Shown in pieces: positions 9,657 through 16,962 of a stretch of 44,802 nucleotides of DNA. The DNA comes from Thermoproteota archaeon (lineage in GTDB: Archaea > Korarchaeota > Korarchaeia > Korarchaeales > Korarchaeaceae): positions 1-44,802 of the forward strand of contig JAOZFG010000021.1 of assembly GCA_027491435.1 (NCBI GenBank). The letters run 5' to 3'. Under the pieces are notes generated by a model, which saw only the letters and a list, made by a program, of their open reading frames with translations, did not search any database and had not been told where the DNA came from. Within the stretch, counting starts at the first letter, position 1, and every line of letters begins with the position of its first letter. The translations under genes and the position numbers were made by a program.

Positions 9657-10656
9657 CGGGAACCTCTCCGAACCTCCCCAACCTAATTTTTTCTCCAGGT
9701 TCCTCATCCACTGGGATTATTCTGATTCCCACCACCTTCCCCTTCACTCTGCCCGATGACAGCACGTCCCCTATCATCTTAGCCAACCTGCTAACGTCCC
9801 CGAAGGGTATCACAACCATGTCCAATCCAGTCACGCAGTAGGAGGACAGGTAAGCTAGGTCCCTGGCCCTCAACTTGTCCTGAAGTGCCATGTCCATCAG
9901 AAGGCTGTCCTCCGCCATGGGGAGCATCACCTCGTTGAACCCCATGGATTTCAGCCCCTCCACGCTTTCCCTTATAATTTCATTCATTTCCAGGATGGCT
10001 GAAGCCGTTCCCGGCTCTAAGAAATCTGTTCTGGCCAACAAACTTATCACCCTGGCGGAGCTCTCTTCCATCCAGGGGCTTAGCGAGTAGTCTATGCCCA
10101 GGAAGGGGGCTTCATCCCCTAGCTCATCTAAGAGCTCCTGTTCCGCCTGCGAGAATAGGAACTTTAAGACGCTCCTAAGAGTCATCTCTGGTTCCTCGGC
10201 CTCGTAGAGTGCCCCATAAAGTTCTGATGGGTAGAGGAGAGATGCCGAAATCCCGAAGCTCCCTCCCCTGGTAGCTGGGAAGTAAGGAGTTTCGTAAGGT
10301 TCACCAGAAGTCAGAGCGAACATCGTGTTCGCCTCAGGTCCAAGCTCCTCTGAGATCCTGTGTAGGAACTCCGCTGCGTACAATAGGTTGGCCCCGTATG
10401 ACCTATCTCCCATGTTAACTGAGGTGAAGTAGCCCTCCTTCAACAGTTCGTAGGCGCGATCAAAGCCTTCTGGATCTAAACCGGCGTGAACAGCTTTAAG
10501 TTCCTCTTTAACGTCCAGGGGCTCGGTCATGACCACTCTTTTTGTGAAGGCGTCCAGCCTCCTGTGGAGCCTGTCCAACAGGTCGGAGTAGGACTCGTAC
10601 TCCTCCTCACTCCTTACGTGCAAAGTTACGGCCCTGAACCTCACTTGCCCACCCAC
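9643..10656 (-). CDS. DUF711-family protein
   Basis: Motifs TPYFPA, GIDYSLSPW, GFNEVMLPMAED, SSYCVTGLDMV and GKVVGIRIIP. Confidence 0.85.
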   Translation of the reverse strand: MGGQVRFRAVTLHVRSEEEYESYSDLLDRLHRRLDAFTKRVVMTEPLDVKEELKAVHAGLDPEGFDRAYELLKEGYFTSVNMGDRSYGANLLYAAEFLHRISEELGPEANTMFALTSGEPYETPYFPATRGGSFGISASLLYPSELYGALYEAEEPEMTLRSVLKFLFSQAEQELLDELGDEAPFLGIDYSLSPWMEESSARVISLLARTDFLEPGTASAILEMNEIIRESVEGLKSMGFNEVMLPMAEDSLLMDMALQDKLRARDLAYLSSYCVTGLDMVVIPFGDVSRLAKMIGDVLSSGRVKGKVVGIRIIPVDEEPGEKIRLGRFGEVPVMEL

Positions 10657-10702
10657 CCAATCTGAAGAAATACGTTAAAAGTGAGAGGGTTAGGATAGGG
10701 CG

Positions 10703-11614
10703 ATGTCCGAGGAAGTCGTCGAGTTGATGACCAAGGATGGGAAGGTTATGAAACTGGTCTTCAAGGTGGTAAGCGACGCCGAGGAGCTTTGGAAGTTAGT
10801 GGACGTCCAAGTCTCGGCCTGGGGAATAGGGCCCGATAAGCTGGACGTCGTGCCGGTGCACGTGTTGAAGGCCGCCTCAGACAACTCCGGAATGGTTATA
10901 GGGGTCTACGAGGTGGAAACTGGGGAGGCGGTGGGCTTCGCCTGGGGGTTCCTAGCCAGGGACGAGGAGGGGCTTTACTTCTACTCCCACCAGAGCGGGG
11001 TTGTGGAGAGGTACAAGTACTCAGGAATCGGCTTTAGGATAAAGCAGTTTCAGAGGAAGGTGGCCTTATCCAAGGGGTTAAAAAGGATGAGGTGGACCTT
11101 CGACCCCATGCAGGCCCTGAACACTAGGTTTAACCTGGGCAAGCTGGGGGTGGTCTCCAACGACTACAGGGTTAACTTCTATGGGAGGATGACCGACTCC
11201 CTCAACAGAGGGTTGAGGAGCGACAGGTTGAAGGTATGGTGGTACTTAGACAGCAGGAGAGTTGAGCTGAAGGCTCAGGGTAAGTTGAGATCTCCTTCTT
11301 TCAAGGAAGCTCTGGAGGCTGGGGCAGTACAGGTGCTTGAGGTCGAGGAGGGGATGCACAGGAGGCCCGTTAACGTTAAAGAGGTGGACGGGGACCTGGC
11401 CCTTGTCGAGATACCCTATGACATAAACGCCAGCAAGAGGGACGGGACAGCCCCTATCTGGAGGGAGTTCACGGGAAGGGCCTTCATGAACCTGTTCTCC
11501 TCTGGCTTCTACGACTTCGAGTGCGTCGTCGACAAGGAGAACTGGAGGGTCTTTCACGTCCTTTGGAGGGCGCCCTTGCAGGAGATCTTGGAGGGGGAGA
11601 CCCCCTTCAGCTGA
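10703..11614 (+). CDS. GNAT acetyltransferase (COG3375-like)
   Basis: Motifs FYSHQSGV, GIGFRIKQFQR, WTFDPMQALNTRFNLGKLG, NFYGRMTDSLNRG and SDRL. Confidence 0.88.
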   Translation: MSEEVVELMTKDGKVMKLVFKVVSDAEELWKLVDVQVSAWGIGPDKLDVVPVHVLKAASDNSGMVIGVYEVETGEAVGFAWGFLARDEEGLYFYSHQSGVVERYKYSGIGFRIKQFQRKVALSKGLKRMRWTFDPMQALNTRFNLGKLGVVSNDYRVNFYGRMTDSLNRGLRSDRLKVWWYLDSRRVELKAQGKLRSPSFKEALEAGAVQVLEVEEGMHRRPVNVKEVDGDLALVEIPYDINASKRDGTAPIWREFTGRAFMNLFSSGFYDFECVVDKENWRVFHVLWRAPLQEILEGETPFS

Positions 11615-12431
11615 CCTTCCTCCACCTCTTGTAGCTCCCAACCAGTTTAACCCAAACCGCCTGTTCCTCGAGCTCTTTTAGTGCCTCTTTAACGTAATCC
11701 TCGTGCATGGATCCCTCGAACTCCACGAAAAACGAGTAGTTCCAAGGCTCCCCCTTTATGGGCCTGGACTCTAGCCAGAGGAGGTTTATGTTCCTCCGGG
11801 CGAAGGCCCCAAGCGCCCTCCACAGGGCTCCAGGCACGTGCCTAGTGGCGAAGAACGCCGACGTCGTGTCAGCGTCTCTAGGCCACGTGGCATCCTTAGC
11901 TATGACGTAAAACCTAGTTATGTTGGGCTTCACGTCCTGTATCCCCCTAAGTAAGACGGATAGGCCGTAGAGCTGGGCAGTCTTCTCTGAGGCTATCGCC
12001 GCGTATGAAGGATCTGCCCTCTCAGCCACCTCCCTGGCGGAGCCAGCAGTGTCATATCTGGGTATCACCTGCCAGTCCCTGGAGGAGAGGAAGCCTTCGC
12101 ACTGAGATATAGCCTCTGGATGGGAGTAAACGTACCTTATGCCCTCTAATGTCGCCCCTTTAGGCGCTAGAAGGGCGTGCTCTACCTTAACCTTCACCTC
12201 ACCAACGGCGTAGACTTCCCTCTCCAGCAGCAGGTTGAGCACCCTCCTTATGCTTCCCGTAGTAGTGTTCTCAACGGGCACGACCCCTCTCTCAACCTCT
12301 TCCGACTCGACTAGATCGAATACCTCGCTGAACGTCCTCAGAAACACCGGCTCATATTCCCCGAAGAAGAGCTGAGCAGCCTCATCGCTGTAGGAGCCTT
12401 TATCTCCCTGAATAGCGACTTTCACTGTCAT
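11607..12431 (-). CDS. pheA: Prephenate dehydratase
   Basis: Motifs QGDKGSYS, GVVPVENTTTG, YSHPEAISQC, NITRF and ACT-domain LESRP. Start placed at the MTVKVAIQG ATG (12431) instead of 12473. Confidence 0.95.
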   Translation of the reverse strand: MTVKVAIQGDKGSYSDEAAQLFFGEYEPVFLRTFSEVFDLVESEEVERGVVPVENTTTGSIRRVLNLLLEREVYAVGEVKVKVEHALLAPKGATLEGIRYVYSHPEAISQCEGFLSSRDWQVIPRYDTAGSAREVAERADPSYAAIASEKTAQLYGLSVLLRGIQDVKPNITRFYVIAKDATWPRDADTTSAFFATRHVPGALWRALGAFARRNINLLWLESRPIKGEPWNYSFFVEFEGSMHEDYVKEALKELEEQAVWVKLVGSYKRWRKVS

Positions 12432-12620
12432 TGATGGCTGAGGACACCCCAACCTTTTTATCTTTTCGTGCATCCCCTTTTGAGATGGATGGCGGACGTT
12501 CTCAAGGCTATTATCGCCTTCAAAGTTACTAAGGGACGTTTTGCAACGATACAGAACGTTTTAGGACCGTATTTCAGATAAGGTAATAAGGGAGGAGGAG
12601 CACCTTAACTCGGTGAGCCG

Positions 12621-12788
12621 ATGAGGTTCGTGGCCCTGATGAACCCCCTCCTTTACCTCGGTGGGATGTTGAGCTACCTGATGGGGGTGAACTTGGGCCT
12701 AGCTGTGGCTCACCTTAGTGTGTTCCTCGCCCTGGCCTACTCCTTGAACTACACGGTTAACAGGCTCAAACGAGCCCTTCATCCTTGA
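12621..12788 (+). CDS. Small hydrophobic protein (55 aa, below the ORF-track cutoff)
   Basis: GGTGAG RBS precedes the ATG at 12621. MRFVALMNPLLYLGGMLSYLMGVNLGLAVAHLSVFLALAYSLNYTVNRLKRALHP has two hydrophobic segments and a basic tail. Confidence 0.55.
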   Translation: MRFVALMNPLLYLGGMLSYLMGVNLGLAVAHLSVFLALAYSLNYTVNRLKRALHP

Positions 12789-13263
12789 GGTATATCAGCT
12801 GGTAAGCTAGGATTTTCCTCCTCAAGAAGTTCATAAGGCCAACTAACTTGGGTTCCATGACGACCTCGGCTTCTTGATCGACGACCGGGCTTCTGCCCAG
12901 CACTTTAGTGTGCAGCCAGAAGTATATGGTCTCCCAGGGGTTGGGCAGGGACTTCTCCATTGAGACGTCCATCAGGTAGACTAAGGCATCTGAGAGGGTA
13001 GAAAACCCCTTTATTATGCCGTTCAGCCCTTCCCGCGATTTCCTATCGCTGACAACTTTATCCCACAGGATTGAGGCCACGTACCTCCCGCTGCCCTCAT
13101 TTCTAACTATTAGTGGGGCCTCTTCAGTGAATACGCTCGTTATGTAATTCCTGGGGAGCCTCCTGAGTATTGAGAGTCCCCTTTCTATTATGAGGTCCCC
13201 CGGAATCACCGATAACGCGTGGAGATCCTCCTTTACCGCGTATATCCTGTACCTCTTTTGCAT
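12766..13263 (-). CDS. Hypothetical protein
   Basis: 165-aa ORF with a GGAGG upstream, co-oriented with the CBS gene. Confidence 0.7.
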   Translation of the reverse strand: MQKRYRIYAVKEDLHALSVIPGDLIIERGLSILRRLPRNYITSVFTEEAPLIVRNEGSGRYVASILWDKVVSDRKSREGLNGIIKGFSTLSDALVYLMDVSMEKSLPNPWETIYFWLHTKVLGRSPVVDQEAEVVMEPKLVGLMNFLRRKILAYQLIYLKDEGLV

Positions 13264-13295
13264 CGCCCTTCAGACCTCCGGTGGCCAATTAAAAA

Positions 13296-14075
13296 TTAGG
13301 GGGCCAGCTCATCGTAGAGGCTCATCCTCCATATGGCCTCAACAACGTCTCTAGCCGTTATTATACCAGATATCTCACCCTCCTCAGTTAGTGGAACCCT
13401 CTTTATCCTCTTCTCGACCATCAACTTAGCCACCTCCACCAGGGGGGCGTTTAGCTCCATGATGTGAAGCGGGGACTTGGCCACCTCCCTGACGGGCCTT
13501 GACATGTCAAATCCCTTTACGAGCACGTCCCTGACCATGTCCCTCTCAGTTATTATAGCGTATATCTCCTCACCCTCCTTGACCAGCAGGCTCCCCACCC
13601 TCTTCTTGCTCATGAACCTCACGGCGTCGGCTATTGTAGCGTCTCCGGAAACCGTCTCAACCCTGAGGGTGGCAAACCTCCTGGTGGGAGGAGACTCTGT
13701 AACCGACTGGGAGTAAGCCCTGACTATGTCCGAGGCCGTAACCACACCTACCAAGTTTTCGCCCTCCATGACCACTAGCCTTGACTTGACGGACATCATA
13801 GCCCTAGCCGCCTCGACGTAGCTATCATCAGGCCTAACCACGCCAAACCTGGGCCTCATCACGTCCCTGACCTTGACTTTCAGGGAGAGGCCTCCAGCCA
13901 TGACGTTGGAGACTAGATCCCTCTCGGTCACGAATCCCCTCACGTACCTCCTGTAGACCACCGGGCTCCACACGTTTCTGTCGGCCATTATCGAGAGCAC
14001 TTCGTCCAGTTGGTCTTCCGGATCAACCGTTAGAGGGTTCGAACTCATGAATTCCTTTACCCTCAGAAGCATCAC
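13296..14075 (-). CDS. CBS-domain protein (two CBS pairs)
   Basis: Four CBS motifs: GFVTERDL, GVVTASDI, AIITERDM and GIITARDV. Confidence 0.93.
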   Translation of the reverse strand: MMLLRVKEFMSSNPLTVDPEDQLDEVLSIMADRNVWSPVVYRRYVRGFVTERDLVSNVMAGGLSLKVKVRDVMRPRFGVVRPDDSYVEAARAMMSVKSRLVVMEGENLVGVVTASDIVRAYSQSVTESPPTRRFATLRVETVSGDATIADAVRFMSKKRVGSLLVKEGEEIYAIITERDMVRDVLVKGFDMSRPVREVAKSPLHIMELNAPLVEVAKLMVEKRIKRVPLTEEGEISGIITARDVVEAIWRMSLYDELAP

Positions 14076-14245
14076 CCATTATTCTCGGCATGACACGTTA
14101 AATAAGCTCCGCTTTATTTTTTATACATAAAAGGCTGGGTCGACGCCATGGACAACAAAATGTTAAAGAAATAAATTTGTTACGAACATCGGATCCCAAG
14201 TGGCCCAACACTTAATTTTCCTCGTCGGGTTCTAGGGGGGAGACC

Positions 14246-15343
14246 TTGGGAAGGTGCCTCGTCTGTGGCAGGTCATCTCCTCTCATAAGCGATTCCCTGG
14301 GGGCTTGCTTAGACTGCATAAGGAGAGGTGATGCCTCGGGCCTCATCAAGACGAGGAGGGCTTCCTGGAGGGAGGCCATGGGCTTGCCCCCAAGCCCGCC
14401 GAACCAAGGACTTCAATGCAACCTCTGTTCCAACCGGTGCAGGATAGAGGATCGAGGCTTCTGTGGGGTTATCAGGAGAAAGCAGAACAGGTTGGAGCCC
14501 GTGACAGGCAGTTGGAGGGTGGCGATAGGCCACTACTACCTGGACCCCCTGCCCACTAACTGCGTAGCCAATAAGGTGTGCCCTGCCTCGACCTGTAGGG
14601 GATTCCCCGAACACACTAAGGTGTGTGGGCCGGAGGTAGGCTACTATAACCTGGCAGTGTTCTACGGGGCCTGTAACCTAGACTGCTTCTTCTGTCAGAA
14701 CGTGGAGCATAAGAGGATGTCTGTCAAGGGAGGGCCCCTCATGACGGTGGAGGAGCTTGTCAAGCAGGCCCTAAGGCCTGAGGTTACGTGCATCTGCTAC
14801 TTTGGCGGCGATCCGGCTCCTTGGGCGCCCCACTCCTTAGCGGTAGCCAGGGAAGTACTTTCCAGGAAAAAGTTAAGGGTCTGCTGGGAGACCAACGGGT
14901 TGGAGAACGCTGGGATCTTCAGCAAGATGATGGAAATCGCTGTGAAAAGCGGAGGCATCGTGAAAGTCGACCTGAAGGCTTGGAACCCCCTGGTCTATGA
15001 GGCCCTGACGGGAGTGAGAGGTCCCGATGAGGCCCTCAGGAACCTGAAGGAGGGAGCCGAGTGGTTCAAGGTTAGGCCAGATCCGCCGCCTCTAGTGGTC
15101 AGCACCCTCCTAGTGCCCGGATACGTGGATTGCGATGAGGTTAGGGCGATAGCTGAGTACCTTTCCTCCCTAGATGAAAGGATTCCTTACGTCCTCCTGG
15201 CCTTCTACCCACACTTCATGGCTAGGGACCTCCCACCAACCCCCAGGAAGGTGGCCTTAGATTGTCTAAGGGAGGTCAAGCCCCTCCTCAATGAAGTATA
15301 CCTTGAAAACGCCTGGCTCCTGTCAGATTTACCTTATCCTTAA
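14246..15343 (+). CDS. Radical SAM protein (PFL-activating-enzyme-like) with Cys-rich N-terminus
   Basis: CxxxCxxC motif GACNLDCFFCQN, plus YFGGDP, WETNG, VDLKAW, STLLVPGY and AFYP. Confidence 0.92.
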   Translation: MGRCLVCGRSSPLISDSLGACLDCIRRGDASGLIKTRRASWREAMGLPPSPPNQGLQCNLCSNRCRIEDRGFCGVIRRKQNRLEPVTGSWRVAIGHYYLDPLPTNCVANKVCPASTCRGFPEHTKVCGPEVGYYNLAVFYGACNLDCFFCQNVEHKRMSVKGGPLMTVEELVKQALRPEVTCICYFGGDPAPWAPHSLAVAREVLSRKKLRVCWETNGLENAGIFSKMMEIAVKSGGIVKVDLKAWNPLVYEALTGVRGPDEALRNLKEGAEWFKVRPDPPPLVVSTLLVPGYVDCDEVRAIAEYLSSLDERIPYVLLAFYPHFMARDLPPTPRKVALDCLREVKPLLNEVYLENAWLLSDLPYP

Positions 15344-16442
15344 TAGTCAACCCAGCATTTGTCGTAAACTTCTTTTTGGAAAGGCCTGATTCGACCAGAG
15401 CCCTTCCCATCTCCGTGAGCTTCACATACCTCTTGCCTTTAACGTAGCTACTACTGATTAAGCCTATGCTCTCCAAGAAGTCCAGATTCCTCTTTATGGA
15501 TTCGGTGGACATGCCCAGCTCCTTAGCAAGTTCCCTGAGGTAGGCCCCGCCTAACTTTTCCTTATCGGCCACAACCCTGAGTATGTGTAACCTGGTAGGG
15601 TTCATGGCCATAGCCTTTATCTTGACGTCAAAGGTCTTGCCAGGTACGTAGTAGTACTTAGTCCCGGCGAAGACCTCTGACTTTATGAGGCCTGACCTCT
15701 CGAGAACTCCCAGGTGCCACAGCAAAGAGGACTTTGACAGTTCCATCTTCTCCCTGAGCTCCTTAACCGTCAAAGGCTCTCTCTTAAGCTCCTCATATAA
15801 GATCTTCCTTGTTTTGCTCTTCAGCGGGTCCTTAATCTTGACGGCAGAGGCTGCTACGTACAGAGGGGCCGCTACAGCCCCCTCAACTCCCTTCAAGTAC
15901 TTCTCGTAGATCTTATAGCTTATGACTGAAGCTGTAGTGGCCACTAAAGTAGTGATCAGCACTGTAACGGCGGCCTGTCTCCCCTCCAAGTAGTTAGCTA
16001 CCTTAGCCAATATGGCCCTCAAGAAGTCGTCAGGCAGGCCCTTTAGGGGGAGAGCCACTACAAACTTCAGGATTCCGTTAAAGTCCCTGACCATTAAGAG
16101 GGGAGCTCCGTCATTAAATGAGAGAAGGACCGTCCATCTTTCCTGAGATATTATCGCCCTCCTCCCGTTATAGTGGATCACCTTGCCGTCAATGACCGCA
16201 GAAGCGTTGGCCGTTAGCTCGCTATACGACATGGACGGCAGCCTCTCAAACCCCGGAGAGTCCATGAAGTAGATCTCAGCTACCTCTCCCTTCTCACCCA
16301 GTCTAAACTCAAATGAATCGATCCTCATGGGGAACCTAGCGTCCTCCCCACTGTAAACTACGACGACGCTACCAAAACCAAGTATAGTAACTAGGGGAGA
16401 CACGAGAAGTAGCGTAATTAGGGAGGACGCCCTCAAACACAT
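15288..16442 (-). CDS. Membrane-anchored transcription regulator with tandem wHTH domains (COG3398-like)
   Basis: N-terminal hydrophobic segment, external domain and TM helix, then DPLKSKTRKILYEEL..LLWHLGVLERSGLI and NPTRLHIL..RELAKELG..LDFLESIGLI. Confidence 0.8.
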   Translation of the reverse strand: MCLRASSLITLLLVSPLVTILGFGSVVVVYSGEDARFPMRIDSFEFRLGEKGEVAEIYFMDSPGFERLPSMSYSELTANASAVIDGKVIHYNGRRAIISQERWTVLLSFNDGAPLLMVRDFNGILKFVVALPLKGLPDDFLRAILAKVANYLEGRQAAVTVLITTLVATTASVISYKIYEKYLKGVEGAVAAPLYVAASAVKIKDPLKSKTRKILYEELKREPLTVKELREKMELSKSSLLWHLGVLERSGLIKSEVFAGTKYYYVPGKTFDVKIKAMAMNPTRLHILRVVADKEKLGGAYLRELAKELGMSTESIKRNLDFLESIGLISSSYVKGKRYVKLTEMGRALVESGLSKKKFTTNAGLTIKDKVNLTGARRFQGILH

Positions 16443-16487
16443 CTACAATCCTTCTCCAGGTCTATTATAACGTTAGTCCTATTTAAA

Positions 16488-16961
16488 CTACCCTACCCCG
16501 GTGATCTTTATGAACCCCTTATCCTCTAGGTGTATCAGCTTCTGAACCACCATGGCCGGGGTAACTCCTAGGAGGCTAGCCACCTCTCCAACTTTAACGT
16601 GGCCCTTCTCAGCGATCATCTCCACTATGGTCTTCTCATCTTCGCTTAGGTTGATAAACTCTCCCACCTTATCGAACCTGATCTCGGCAAATATCTTAAC
16701 ACCAGCATATCCCATAGGCACCTCCTCGCTGTGATACATGGAAAGAGCTGCTATAACTCCGGCAGTTATATCGAGTATTAGCGCTAGGATAAGCTGCGTC
16801 TGAGTTAGGAAGGGCATTAGCAACACTATTATTACCGCCACTAGTATAGTCGTGGCTATGCCCATCTCTATGGCAGATAACAACCTCCTCCTCTTCCTCC
16901 TCCTAGCCAACTCAAGGGCTTGAAGGGCGGCAAACTTAGCTATCCAGTCATCGGCCATCAT
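16488..16961 (-). CDS. Two-TM membrane protein with C-terminal wHTH
   Basis: Two hydrophobic helices, then LSEDEKTIVEMIAEKGHVKVGEVASLLGV..LIHLEDKGFI. Confidence 0.75.
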   Translation of the reverse strand: MMADDWIAKFAALQALELARRRKRRRLLSAIEMGIATTILVAVIIVLLMPFLTQTQLILALILDITAGVIAALSMYHSEEVPMGYAGVKIFAEIRFDKVGEFINLSEDEKTIVEMIAEKGHVKVGEVASLLGVTPAMVVQKLIHLEDKGFIKITGVG

Positions 16962-16962
16962 A

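Noticed and set aside
12489-12581. 30-aa ORF MADVLKAIIAFKVTKGRFATIQNVLGPYFR
   Set aside because: Very short, no clear RBS and no recognisable motif.
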